Part shown: positions 12,536 to 26,310 of the stretch, piece by piece
Layout: every line of letters begins with the position of its first letter
Numbering within the stretch: position 1 is the first letter of the stretch
NCBI GenBank assembly: GCA_050273025.1
Contig: CP158636.1
Coordinates: forward strand, 11,594,001-11,658,000
DNA: 64,000 nucleotides
Reading direction: 5' to 3'
From: Cenococcum geophilum
Taxonomy: Eukaryota
Made by a program: the position numbers and the translations under genes
Notes under the pieces: model-generated
Databases searched by the model: none
What the model was told of the DNA's origin: nothing
What the model saw: only the letters and a program-made list of their open reading frames with translations

Positions 12536-13820
12536 AGCGAAGGAGAAGGAAACCAATTAATGAGCCAAATCGAGGCTGTCACTTGGATGAAAGTATGACG
12601 GCTTGCAAGTCGATTGTGTTTTTAGGTGAAGTTGAAATTGAAAGGCACCCGCACGTCACGTGGGAACCGCTTTCCTAAACTTACAGTTTCTAATACCTAG
12701 ATAACTATTTAGACACCATCACTGTAAAATAATTGTACATTTTGGGCCGAGTACTGAGACTTGTGCAGTGAAGAAAACTTGGGAGATTGTAAGTGGTGCT
12801 GAAAAGAGTGTGTTGGACCAGTCAAGTGGCATCTTTCAATTGTTTCCTCTCCCACAAGCTTGAGAGCCATGGCCGAAAATGATTTGATCTCTCAATACTA
12901 TGCGCTATCCGGGAAAAAATCTTTCAATCATAAACATGTTGGTGTCTCCTATCTATTCGCCTTGTAAAAGCCCTTGCGATCACTGACTTGAGGTTGCCGC
13001 ATGAAATTCACACTAAACTTGCGGCTTCGCATTGAGGGAATTAAGTCTTGCAGGAAGGCTTTGATATGTGCTATTGCCTATAGCACAAGGATTCATCCAC
13101 TGACTGTTACTAGTAGTTTCTTTGGTAGCGATGATAGATTAACGCGGTATCATAAAGATTCTGTAAACTTACCAGTCTTGTCACCTTTCGTTCGATTGAT
13201 AGCATCATTAAGGATTATATAGCCTCGTTAGCAAAATATGCGATGGAAGTTTGACGCAGCGTGAACTCTGGTGTTGAGGCTGGGAAAGAAGAGAGGATTT
13301 TCGTGGGCTGTTAATATCGTCTTGTTTGCATTGAGATCGCCGTACTGATTATATTAGGGATTGCCCTGGATGCTCAGGAAGCCTGGAGGGTAGGAGGCTT
13401 ACGGAAGTTGGGGAGCAGGTTATATTACGCATAAAACTTCTCTACGCTTTCAACACCAGCCATCTCAGCAAGCAAAAATGTATTCGGAATTTATAACCCG
13501 GATAACCTATAACTTTTCATTAGAGATGTTTATGGTCGTGGGCATGGTCAGGCGGAAAGATAGATGTTCCGTGGAAAATACCGCTAGTCCTAATCAGGCC
13601 TTCCGACACAACCGGCAGGCCTTCTATTCTCCTATATGCACGCCGCCGCAAAACAATGAGCCTGCACCATATGAAGTAGATGAATGCGCGACTTCAAGGG
13701 CTACTTGTATTCGAAGTCTCTCGTCTAAGCCTCAAATCAGAAATTATATTGAGTTTAAAGGGAACGGCCTTGATCATTTGCCAGAAATCGAGTTCTGTTT
13801 CTTCTGAAACTCTTTTTGGA

Positions 13821-14086
13821 CAGTAGACGTCTAGGTTAGCTCGTGCACGAACACGCCTTGTGCACTTTTTCTACGTACTAACATTAAATAATTCTTTAAT
13901 ATCTTTATAAAATTAATTTAATTTTAATTAAAAAGTACTTTCTAAACTTTAATATAAAATTTCATGTGAGGCCATTTTAAAAGTTATTAAGTTATAGACG
14001 GTATAAAAAGGTATATTTCGGTGTTTTTCGGCGAGAAAGGCGCGTACGAGCCGGTTCCGTGCATGAGCTGATCAAGATGCTTGCTG
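13821..14086. mobile_element. Degenerate MITE-like element (266 bp) with imperfect ~45-bp terminal inverted repeats and AT-rich core
   Basis: Left end cagtagacgtctaggttagctcgtgcacg aligns with the reverse complement of the right end, cagcaagcatcttgatcagctcatgcacg (30/45 identity by hand, 11 of 15 mismatches are transitions). Core about 13875-14010 is extremely AT-rich. No clean TSD. Confidence 0.55.
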
Positions 14087-15730
14087 AAAGGGTATTTTGG
14101 GAGCTTTTGGTCTCTCAACGATAGATTTAGCCGGCTACAGCAGTTCCGTTTCATTACTTTTGACTAGTTGGGTGTTATATCAATCTATAAAATCTTAGCG
14201 GGGTAACTCTTATATTACTGGGTCAGATATATTATAACCTAGGGGGTTCTTAGCTCGGCTCATAATCAGTAAGATAATACCCTCCAGATTTACCTATGAA
14301 AAGAGAACGACGCCTTTACAATAGAGAACAAATGAAGCCGTATCCCTTGGGATAGTAGCGCGGCTATCGGCTCTCCTTCAGTGGATGGTTATAAATTTTG
14401 AATATGAAACGAGTGGTACGGAGACGAAAAATAACCACCCTCTTCTCCTTTCCACCTCAAGTGTCTAAAACACAACCATGATCTCTTCGAAATGGTTGCG
14501 ACGATTTATGGGAAGTTGTATACGTCCTTTTTCAACCTAATAATTCAATATATCTTCTGTAAATTATCAAACCCAACTACGAGAATACGGATGTCTGCTG
14601 CGGCGCATTTCCTAAGGGCAGTGTAAAGCCTACGAGATATAATGCAAGACTCCCTCATTTGAATGATATCAGACAAATGCGATCTAGAGTGATACCCCTA
14701 TATAGGAATATGAACTTTATCAATTGATATGGTGATAGGAAAAAAAAATTACATTATCAAATGGCATTGATTGGTGGACATTCAGATCTCAATATAAATT
14801 TGCCCAACAATTTTCCATGCCAGATTACTCCACCAGGCTTGAATACCTTAAAGTCGAGGTGTTATTTCGTAGTGGCGCATCTTTGAAAAGAGTCGTGACT
14901 TGGAGTAACGAGGATGGTGTCCTCGCATGCAAACTCGCGAAAGGGCATTCTTGCCACGAAACCCGTCTCTAACCCCACACAGTTATGCGGCCCACCCCTT
15001 GCCTTTCTCCTCACAATAGTCGCCTGAGGTGTATTTTAGTAATTTTAGTCATACTTACAGATATGAGAAGTTATCTCTGGGCACTTCCAGTGTCCTGTAT
15101 GACGCTGCTCCAAATTGAAGGCTGACAGGTTTAAAGAGGTGGCAGCAATAGGCGGCTCTGAGTGTAACTCGTCATATGAACGAAATAGCATATTTAGATG
15201 TGCATAGAGTAATGGTATACGAAACATAGCCAGCCCGTACTATATAAAAATTTTGCTGAGCGCAGTTCGTGAGATGGCTGAGAGCTAGGAGGCGGAAATG
15301 GGAAGGCAGGCAAGCGACTGATTTGCCGAGCTCTCGAAAGCCGCTTTAGAGTCTCATCCATCAGCAGCCCCTCCCACCACACCACCGACTCTGCAGCTTC
15401 CCGTTCTCCAAGTCTCCCCTCCGGTCGAGTGTGTCCCTGGTGTGCTGAACTCTCTCCACTCTGGCGTCTTGTTTTCTTGCTGTCTTTTGTTTCTCTTGCT
15501 TCTCCGGCTGTCTCCTGATTCTGCCACTCATAAGCAGGACATCCTTACCTCTGGACACGGACACGACGGCGGCACCCTCCACTCTACAAAACCAGCTAGC
15601 GGACTGAGGTCTTTTTGGAGGCTCTATTCCACAAGACAGATGATTCTTTGATTCACAAAAACCGTCCTTCACACGCGCTTCTCGCCGTGTCATCGCGTTC
15701 GGGCCTCCTGGAACCTCGCCCCTGCCGTTC

Positions 15731-18700
15731 ATGGACACCTCTCCCACAGGGACCGAGAAGAGTATAGACTCATCCAACTATTCTTCGTTTACCTCGTCGA
15801 CTGTGACACTCTCGGCGGCCAACTCTCCCTCGGCGAACGCCACCACCAATATGACATCAAGCCAGTGTGGTCAAAGACTTGAGCCGGGGCCAAAGACAGT
15901 TCAAAGGCAAATCGTGGAGCCATATGCTACTCTTGGGCAACTATCATATGCACCAGCAACTCATACCACAGTCGTTACTACTACTACTACAACTACAACC
16001 TCCTTTCCTCCTATACTACTCAGTGCTCCCCGGAATTTGAAGGAGCGGGATCCTAAGGTTTACCCGTTGGCGTCATCTCCAGCCCCGGAATCAATAAGGC
16101 GATTTTGCTTCGATGTTGCAGGTACACAGGCCTGCTTCAGCGAAGCCGATAACGTCGAACAGTCTCTCCAAGAGGTATGATTAGTACCTCCCTCGAAGCG
16201 ACTATCCAACGCCTATCGTCAAGTCACCCTCAACGCGTTCCCTACGAAGACATTTGTTCAATGCTTACTACTCGCTAACATGTCTTTTAACCAGTACCAC
16301 GATCAGTATGATGCTCTTATTGCGTCCAAGGGAAAAATTCGTTCGATCAAACATTATGATACCCACTACGAAACTCCCAACCGCGTGACACGTCAACCAG
16401 CCACATCCCAGAGACCACTAGAGTCATCGTCAAGATCTGTATCGGGACGTAGAAAACGATCCTCTTCGCCCCCTTCTATTGCGGAAGCCGCTGAGCTTGC
16501 AAGTTTACAACGCCGAAATAAAAAACCTCGAACTACTATACATGGTTACAAGGCCGGTGGTGCTACTCGTTTAAGCTCAAATCAAACACCTGATGATATG
16601 GACGGAACTGTCCCCGCTACCCCCGATACAGATGCGGACGCTTCTAGCCAGTTTAAGATACCGAGGGTAAGAACGGGATCAAGACGGTCGAATCTAAGAT
16701 CTAGTCAAGTCGAAGGTTCGGGGACGGGCAAAGAATCTCAGGCCCGCTTGCAGCATCTGGCCGAGTCCTGGCACTTGCAACAACCGTCTCCCGCGCACCA
16801 GGCGTCATCGGAGCCAAGCGGTTATTTCGATGCCTCTGACCCCACAGACAGACAGAGCTCCGCCCTTGAAGCACGGTTTTTTGCTTCAGTTGTGGACGGC
16901 CCAGGCATATCCGCAACACCTCCAATTGCTGAGACTGATCTGGAACCAATCGGTCCTTTCACCGAAAATGACGGATCCTTTTCTAGACCCGCACGGCCAA
17001 CTCCACTCGACACGATCTCTGCACAGGACGCCAGTTTACCGAGCCCAAGCCTGTCACCAATTACTGCTGCAGCAAACCTAGCACACAACACCAATTTTGG
17101 TGGCTCTTTGATTGGAGACAATGAAGATGACGATGCGAATGATGTCTCCAGTCTGGACATATCAGAGGTTAGGTTAGATGAGCAAAACAGGATGTTAGGA
17201 GCTCTATCTCATTCCGCACGGAATAAGAGAATAGATCTTTCTGATCGTATTGAAGGTAGCAATCCTAACCCACAGCTTCCAACACCAACGATTATGGATA
17301 TTCCTGTCATGTTGGAATCCTTCGATGCTATGCCTGAAAAAATGAAGACCTATGTGATGTTCCAGCTTCTCCGCCGGTGTACAAAGCCTACTCTCCATTT
17401 CGTTGCCGATGTTGTCAACCCTGCTCTGAAGTGCGACTTCCTCGGTTTGCTACCACTGGAACTGAGTTTGAATATTGTTAAATACTTGGACGTGAAGAGT
17501 ATGTGTAGTGCAGCACAGGTGTCAAAGAAATGGAGGCAAATAATCGATACGGATGAAACAGCATGGAAGGAACTCCTAGACAGAGATGGCTACGTTCTCC
17601 CAGAAGGGGAATTAGAGCGAGCAGTGAAAGAAGGTTGGGGATGGCAGTATCCACACTCCTCTGAGAGCTTTGAGCGGGATTTACGTGCCATAACTTATAG
17701 TGTTAAGTCGGATGGCGAGGCTTCTCCTATCTCGTCTGGCTCTAGTACAATTGGCGGGTATGCTGATAGCGAAGGAACTATTATGGTCAAATCGAGCTCC
17801 GGTAGGCCTAAACGCAAAGCAGCGGCCAAACATGGCGGCTCCAAGAAGCAGCGCAGGAAAGGGCCGTCCGCCTCAAAAGGACAATCGCCAAGTTGGAGTC
17901 GTTCTCTAAGTTCGGCACAAGGACCTATCGCAATCGCAGACGTTGCCGCGGCCGCAGTACCAAACCCGAACATTGGACTTCCAAGTCTTCGCAACGTACA
18001 CCTTTTTAAGTCACTTTATCAGAGGCATCATCTCATTCGAAAGAGCTGGATGGAGGAGGAAACAAGACCCAAGCACATTGCTTTCCGGGCGCATCAACGA
18101 CATGTAGTTACGTGTCTGCAATTCGATACTGACAAAATTCTTACCGGCAGTGATGATACAAATATTAATGTCTACGATACAAAAACCGGTGCTCTCCGCA
18201 GCCGTCTTGAAGGCCACGAGGGTGGTGTGTGGGCACTGCAGTATGAAGGGAATATTCTGGTATCCGGTTCGACCGACCGATCTGTCCGGGTATGGGATAT
18301 TGAGAAAGGAAAGTGTACGCAGGTTTTCCAAGGCCATACTTCTACCGTCAGGTGTCTTGTCATTCTCAAACCCACGCAGATTGGAGAGACGGCCGATGGG
18401 CAGCCAATTATGATGCCAAAAGAACCTCTTATCATTACAGGATCCCGTGACTCTAGCCTGAGGGTCTGGAAGCTCCCTCAGCCTGGCGACAGGTCTATTA
18501 TGCAGACAGGACCTCCAGCGAATGACCACGATAACCAATATTTCATTCGCGTCCTGACTGGTCACCACCATTCCGTTCGTGCTATCGCTGCACATGGGGA
18601 CACTCTTGTTAGTGGGAGCTACGACTCCACAGTCCGCGTCTGGAAGATTTCCACTGGTGAAGTAATACACCGCCTCCAAGGTCACGCGCAAAAAGTCTAC

Positions 18701-19323
18701 AGCGTAGTGCTTGACCATGCGCGTAACCGCTGCATCAGCGGCTCCATGGACAATCTTGTCAAAGTCTGGTCCCTCGAATCTGGCGCGTGTTTGTTTAACT
18801 TGGAAGGCCATACATCACTCGTCGGACTTCTAGATCTCAGCCACGAGCGTCTTGTATCCGCTGCAGCTGACTCAACATTGCGAATCTGGGACCCTGAAAA
18901 CGGACAATGCAAGAGCACGCTGAGTGCACATACTGGTGCTATTACATGCTTCCAACACGACGGACAAAAGGTTATTTCCGGCTCGGACCGCACACTAAAG
19001 ATGTGGAATGTCAAGACTGGCGACTGTGTCAAGGATTTATTGACAGATTTGAGTGGGGTGTGGCAAGTAAAGTTCAACGAGCGTAGATGCGTGGCCGCCG
19101 TGCAGCGGAACAACATGACGTATATCGAGGTAAGTTGCAGCTCTCAATCCCTTTGTCGTTTACCAGCCTGAAGATATTCTAACGGGACAATTTCTAGGTG
19201 CTCGACTTTGGCGCATCTCGCGATGGTGTCCCAGCTGACCAACGTGGCCGAAGGATTGTAGTTGATTCCAAGGGTCGTGAGGTCGAGGATGTGGAGGACA
19301 TTGTTGAAGCAGAAGTTGCATAG
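15731..19323 (+). CDS. CDC4: SCF F-box/WD40 substrate receptor Cdc4 (Fbw7 orthologue)
   Basis: Exons 15731-16174, 16295-19129, 19198-19323. F-box DFLGLLPLELSLNIVKYLD. WD40 repeats starting HVVTCLQFD..LTGSDD, GHEGGVWAL, GHTSTVRCL. C-terminus YIEVLDFGASRDG. Confidence 0.95.
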
Positions 19324-20109
19324 GCCTCGTTTTCCGATAACTTTTGTTGAACAACGCTTCGACTTGCTTTAAGCATCACATACTATTATACAACGGTTTC
19401 TCTACAGGGTTACGAATAGCCTACGACTAAACTAGGAGCGGATTTACATTTTACAACCAGTCTTACAAAACTAACGATCACGGATTACAACATTTTGGAA
19501 GGGAAGATTGGTGGATTTGTAATATCTAGAACTTGCTTTGTTCTGCTCTACTTTCTTACTTGAGCATATATTTTTGGCCTCCTTTTTATTGGGCTCTTGC
19601 ATTGAGCATTTCATGGCGTTATTGAAGGGGGAGGCATCCTGCATATTTACTGGCGTACATCTATTTTACTGCTTCCTGGGTATGATTCGGTGGCAAAGGG
19701 GGTTCCGGTCTAAGGGCACGGCCAGGAGTGCACAGTCAATACTATCTTGGGGGCTGTATTAGCTTATGTTTGTAGCTTTGCCCAGATCAAATGAACAAGA
19801 CGAATACATTTTCATATTGATAAGATCTGTGGTTGACTAATGATGTCGGAGAAGACGTTTCGAGACCAGCTCTCAACATAAAGCCAAATTGAGTCCCAAG
19901 GAACTTTCGATAAAATGCTGCGAGCTACAATTCTAGAAATTCCCTCGAGATTTTGTGACTAAGTATGTAAGCCGTGAATGTGACGTTCTTGATTTTTGCC
20001 ACCCTTGTTCTCTTGCATCCACAACCTCTGCATTACGTACCCACCATCAATGAAGCCCCACACATTTAACCATGTACGATATTGATGACACTACAAGTCT
20101 CTTTTCCTA

Positions 20110-22489
20110 ATGCCATCATACTTCTTCCACCTCGCATTCGAGCTTTATCCATCTCCTGGCGACCCCTCGCAGCCGTCTTCCCCGCCTTGCTTGCAAACTG
20201 TGTACACGCCGCCACCAGGAACAAATATCTTCATTTCAGAGCTACCCATTCACAGAACCTCCTCGTGGAGCTCATCTCCTACACCAAAGAAGACCCATAA
20301 ACGATCCAAGACTGCTGTTTCGAGCACTGACTGTCCTACTCTTTCCACATTTGAAGTCCGGCCGCCCGTCCAGCGCCGACTTAGCTATCTTAACGGTTCC
20401 TCCTCCGAGGATCACCGAGAGAGTCCAGTACCTTTAACTAAAGCCGGAATAGCTAGCATACCTTCACAGCACCCCGCTTCAAAGGACTGGCGGTTCGGAA
20501 TTGTCTCCATTCAAAGCATAGACATGATTCCATCAAGCACAGAAGAAGGTGCCAGGGCTCGGGGAAAATCACTTAGCCATCCTCCCCACGTCGGGGCCAG
20601 CTCAGGAGGCCTAGCAACTAAAGGCAAATTTATCCCCTCAGATCCGAAAAATACTGAAGTGGGCTGGGGAGTGGTGCACCTATATCGAGATGGTCAAGAG
20701 ACACCGGGGCTCTATGATGACGCTATCTTAAGTGAAGGCTTAGATGGTGAGGGAGCAGGTGGAGCTACAGAGGATAAAAGCTTCAAAGAGGAGGACTGTA
20801 CCACACTGTGTATACTTGCCGTACCTTCATACATGACGCCTTCGGACTTGCTTGGATATGTGGGGGAGCAGACGCGGGAAGACGTCAGCCATTTTCGGCT
20901 CATAAGGACGGGCAGGACAAATAAATACATGGTACTTATGAAGTTCAGAGAGGCAAATAAAGCGCGAGAATGGCGGAAAGAGTGGAATGGTAAGCTATTC
21001 AATAGTATGGAGGTAAGGCGTACAATGCTCCAAGTCAGAGCTTCTTGTACTAATTGTCCTACGTATAGCCAGAGAACTGCCATGTAGTTTTCGTCAAGTC
21101 CATCGAATTTCAAACTACAGACACCAATCGAGACCCTTCGAGTTTCCCTAATATGACCAATGATCCATTCACTCCCGCTGCGACAGCACAACCTACAGCT
21201 CCCTTACCCGCAACTGTCTCATCGCCAGTCGAGTCATCCTCCCTTGCATCTTCTCTTACAACTAAACCACTAGCACCACCAACACCCTCTTTGGTAGAGC
21301 TTCCAACATGTCCGGTGTGCTTAGAACGTATGGATGAGACAACCGGCCTACTTACTATACTATGCCAGCACGTTTTCCACTGTGCTTGTCTCGAGAAATG
21401 GCGAGGAAGTGGGTGTCCAGTGTGTAGATATACTCAGAATGATGCATTAATTGGTCGGGGCCATGGCGACAGCGAGGGACCAGAAAACGAGTGTAGTGTA
21501 TGTGGATCGACGGCTAATCTCTGGATATGGTAAGTACACTACCTCTCTTTACTCACTTTCTCCACCATGTCAATTCTCCTCGGCAGAAGCGGCTCTCAAG
21601 CACCAGAACCTGAAACTAATATCTTAACAGTCTCATATGTGGCAGCACAGGATGTGGTCGCTACGACTCAGCGCACGCCTTCGCTCACTACGAAGCCACC
21701 TCGCACACCTACGCCATGGACGTCGTAACGCAGCACGTGTGGGACTACGCTGGTGACGGCTACGTGCACCGCCTGATCCAGAACAAAGCCGACGGCAAGC
21801 TCGTCGACCTGCCCGCCTCCTCCTTCACCCACCCCGCTCTGTCGCGCAACTCCAACTTAATGACCGGTTACGCCGCCGACACGGTGCCGCGCGAGAAGCT
21901 CGACAACATGGGCATCGAGTACGCCTACCTCCTGACCTCACAGCTGGAATCCCAGCGCGCCTACTTTGAAGAACAGGTCGAGCGCGCCGCGGACAAGGCA
22001 GCCAAAGCGGCGTCCGGGGCCGATGATGCCGCACGCACTGCCTCGACGCTCGCCGCCCAGATCTCTGCGCTGCGGCTGCAACACGCGGAATCCCGCACCG
22101 CCATAGCGGGCTTGGAAAAGGACGCGGCGCGCCAGTCGGCCCGGTGTAGCGCGGCGCAGGAGCTAGCGCGGAAAGTCACGAAGCAGTACCAGGAAGAGAA
22201 GACGATCAACGAGTCTCTGATGACGCGCATCGCGTTCCTGGAAAGCAAAGTGGCGGAGGCGGAAGCGAGGGCTAAGGAGGCGGAGAAGGAGAAGGCGGAT
22301 TTGGAGGAGCAGAATCGGGACCTTAGTTTTTTCATCTCCGGGCAGGAAAAGTTGAAGGAGATGCAGGAAAACGAGGTGCTTGGATTGCAGGAGGGTGAGG
22401 TGGAAAGTGGGAAGGTTCAAGTTGGATCTGGGCGAGAGGGAGAGAGCGACGGGAAGAAAGGGCGGCGGAAGGGGAAGGGTAGGAAGTGA
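20110..22489 (+). CDS. ETP1: BRAP2/IMP-family RING E3 ligase (BRAP2 domain, RING-H2, ZnF-UBP, coiled coil)
   Basis: Exons 20110-21012, 21069-21529, 21631-22489. LCILAVPSYMTPSDLLG..YMVLMKFR..FNSMEPENC; RING ELPTCPVCLERMD..CQHVFHCACL..CPVC; ZnF-UBP CSVC..LWICLICG..GCGRY..HA..HY..VWDYAGDGYVHRL. Confidence 0.93.
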
Positions 22490-22885
22490 GTGGCTGAGTG
22501 AGATGAAAGCAGAGCATGGTCGGCGTTAGGGCTGGTTTAGGTTGATCAGTGATACCCCAAAGGCTGGCGGCTTCGTGCGGTGCTTGTGATTAACATGAAT
22601 TGAACATTGAATTTAGCATCTCAAACTTCGGCCTTCTATACCTTTCTCATATCTTAATAGCTGATCAGTATCTGATCAAACTCAAAGTCATCCATTCATG
22701 ACACTGGGATTCCTGAAAATTGGATTGTAGAGTAAATGATCAAGAAAAAAAACTAACTTTTAGATTAAAACTAAAGCTAAGGCTATGGCTATGGCTAAGA
22801 ATCCTACTAATAGTTGCCGGAGAATTAAACGGCATATGCTAAAATAATGCAGTCTTATCTTCCCTTAATCTCTTCCATAATCCCA

Positions 22886-25800
22886 CTAATATCTCTCTCC
22901 AACCTCATCGATAAGTTCACAAAGCATTCTACCACATTCCTCCTCGATCTCTTGGCCATCTCTTCCTACTAACACTGCTTGGCCTTCATTGAGCGAGTTC
23001 TTAAGGTGTCCTACGCGAGAGAAGCGAGTTTCTGCGATCGTCATCCAGCGGATAAAGAAGGGGCCTGAGGACTGCCAAAGTAGATTTTTCGTCCATGAAG
23101 GGACTGGCGCGGTGCCAGGTGCTGATTGCATACGAGCCTATTTTAGTGGCCTGTAAGTATGTGTACGAATACGTAACAAGAAACAAGTGGATATACAAAC
23201 GATTAGTATCGTGGAGGTGATTTGATAATTATAGAAATTTCAGGTAAGGAGACGTAATGGTACAACGAAGGCTTCAAAGTTTATGAGGAGACGGGAGTGT
23301 TTTCTTTTGAGATGAACCTTTTTGGAAAACCTAATGTTACGAAAAGCAGCACATACATAGCCCTGAAAAGCTGTACTTTTATTGACCGAAAAGAGCAGGA
23401 TAACATGTCGGCTGCTCTTAAAAGCTTCAGCCAGAAGCTCTTCGTTATGCGGTTGTGTGGCCCAAATGCTCTCGCGCTGCGCCGCTTCAACATTGTCGTA
23501 ATTCCATGACTTGATCATGAAATATCGTGCTCCTATTCAGCACTCAAAATATGAGGATGGATAATTGATAATACTGGGAAGATGCTAGCAGCTTCGAGGA
23601 TGCTGTTAAGATTGACAAGATTAAGAGTGGCACTGACCGCCTTGTCGTAAGTTCAGCGAAGCTATTCCACCATGTCCAGCTCCATCTCTACTCAGGTACT
23701 TAGGTCTGCCTCCCCGGGTAGAAAATGAGGAACGGCCTCGAGGCCTGCCTCGGCCGCGGTCGCTATGGTGGTGAAATGGATATTCATCGTACACTTCTGG
23801 AGGCGAACGACGCAAATTATAACGATCTGGCCACTGATGAGACGTAGGGGTGCGTGGTCGAGTATAATTCCGATGGACAGGAGAAGGCTCCCTGCTCTCG
23901 CGGGGTCTACCCCCATTGTATGGCACAACACTCCGTGGATGAGGACGTTCATCCTCTATGCGGCGCACATGGTCCTCAGGCAAGGAGATTCGGCGTGATA
24001 AAGGCAATGGGCTAGGGCTCCTTGCTAGTCGACCTCTTGAGGATTGTGGGCGGGAGTGAGAATGACGAAGAGTTTCCGGACTCTCCTCTACAGCACCTCG
24101 AATACGGTATTCGTCATCCTTGCGTCTAAAGCTATTTGGGCGTCAGCTTCTTGGAACACTTACTCAATTTGTCGTCGAAGAGAGAACAGTGCGGCATGAA
24201 CGTGAGGGTACTCAACAAAATGATTGAGAAACCCCCCAACTACTATTAAAGGGGCTAAACGATTCTTTTTTAAAAGAGCCCACGATTTGTCGTTAAGTGA
24301 GATTGTTGCACTAAGTTTTCCGTTGCCAATTAAGAATGCACAATATATTACCTAGAGGCAGACAAAGGCATGTCATCATGCATCACACGTGGAACCCGAT
24401 CCTCGCGTTCTTCCGACCGCTGTTGAGCGCCTGCAGTCGCATCCAACCTTATATGCTTATCCGCTCGCTCATGACTATGCGCCGGTCCTGCGGTTGGCGA
24501 TAGAGGACGCTTCGTGCTAGCTTGGGAAGTTTGGGTCGTCGAGTGCGGCGTGCTATCAGTCTTCGCTGGAGACGAAGCACCAAACGCCCTTGAAGTAGAT
24601 GTAGAGATCGGTAAAGGCGGAGGTGGCATAGACACCACAGATGATGCTCTGGCAAGACTTGTTGGACGGACAGAGGGTGTACGAAATGACTGTGAACGAG
24701 TGAGATAAGCCTTGTCTTCCTGCTCCATTTGTGCTTCACGCTCAATCTTCTCCCTTTGCAGTTCAAGTTCTGCAAGAGCCCTATGGCGCCGCAGTGAATT
24801 TTGACGATATTGTTGGTCATGATAACCAGTTATTTCAAGCCATTCATCCAGATCTTCAAAATATTTAGAGTATGCAGCGGCATTCTTCGGAGGCCCATCC
24901 ATTGCTTGTTGTTGAATTTGTAATGCTGAATCTTGTCTAGAGGCCAGTTCACGGTGAGAGAGATTAGCACGTGTATCAATATTCGCTGGTTGACGGTCCA
25001 CCCGTGCTACCCGTTGTTCAGTGGTTTTCTCTTCTCTTGTAGGCTTTGTAGATGTTGCTATTTCATTATTAGAAGTAATTGACTTGTTAGTTGTGTGTTG
25101 GCGCTCTCCATTATTCTGTGCTGTCTCAGTAGGAGTTACATTGACAGGATTCAAACGTTGTTCATTGCTTCTCTCTGGTTCAGATCTTATGTCAGTTTGT
25201 CGGGGCTGAGTTGCTAAAGATTTAGGACGATCTTTTGGAGCGTCAGCATGTGTGTCCCTTGGGTCAATTTGAGATCTATTATTATTGTGTCTTGGAGGTT
25301 CATGATTCCCATTTTCCCTTGAGCGAATCACTTTTGATTCATCACTCGCAATTCTTGATTGAGGTCGGCCATTTGACTCCATACGGGCTTCTCTCGTTTG
25401 TTCAGGTTCTCTCGTTTGTTGGGACACTGGGGACTTCTTTACATTTTGGCCGTCCTGGCCCACCTTTGTAATTTGCGGCGTATCCCTAGGACCACTATTA
25501 CTACTCTGTGCTTGGACAGTCTTTTGTTGTACTTCTGGAACTGGTGCCGGTTTTGAATTCCCTTGAGTGAGTGTTGCTTGCATCTTCGGTTGACTATCAA
25601 TTTGGGTCTTGTCCTGAGCAGAATTATCGGTGCGAGCAGAAATCTTCACGACATTACTTTGCTTCGCCTTTGCTTCAGCAGCAGCCCTGCCTTCTGCAAG
25701 CAGGTCATCAACATCGGTGACGGAACTCTTCCTTCCAGGCGCGGCAGGCTTGACATTTTGAGGGACTGCGCCCCGTTTTTGTTCCGCTCTATCTTGTACT

Positions 25801-26310
25801 CCCGGTGTCCTACTAGAAGACCTCATTGCTATCAACTTCGCTCGTAGTTCGGCGGCCCTTGCTGCACTGGGAGGATCGCCGGAGCCGGATGGCTGAGGAG
25901 TTTGAACTCCTGGAAGGGCATTGGTTTGTGGCTGCTCGCGACTGTCATCCTGAAACATCTCAGAAAACTTAGCTTAAGAGTATATCACAAAGAGAAGAGC
26001 CAAAGGATTGAGCAGAACTCACTGTGTCATCAAACCCAGCTGGATAGGGCTGGCCGTGCATTCGAGCTTGAGCTTGAGATAGCTGTACATATCCATGATG
26101 ATTTTGGCCTAATGGAGCATCCATATACTCGTCGTCCCCTTCATACATCCCCGCATCATCCTCATCATCCAGCTCTTCGTCGTAATCTAGATATGATGAA
26201 GCACCGGGAACACCATGGGCGATAGCAAATGGAGTAGGGTATGTAGCCACCTGTTGATTAGGAAAGTATGGATAGCCATAACCGAGGTTGTTGTCTTGCT
26301 GCCACTCCAT
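22886..26310 (-). CDS. YTH-domain RNA-binding protein (YTHDC-like), about 930 aa, with long disordered N-terminus
   Basis: Exons 26310-26023, ~25949-24352, 24125-23638, 23532-23357, 23137-22886 join in frame. C-terminal YTH domain ARYFMIKSWNYDNV..IWATQ..VILLFSVNKS.AFQGYARM..WMT..GHLKN.LNEG..V..GRDGQEI. Confidence 0.85.

Noticed and set aside
18011..19116. Long antisense ORFs inside CDC4 (likewise inside BLM10, ETP1 and the 1001-aa gene)
   Set aside because: Expected shadow ORFs of real coding sequence.
22775..22798. Short ggctat/ggctaa microsatellite
   Set aside because: Trivial simple repeat between convergent genes.
9397..26310. HOP1 and the YTH gene as a meiotic gene cluster
   Set aside because: Separated by about 10 kb and two unrelated genes; no evidence of shared regulation.
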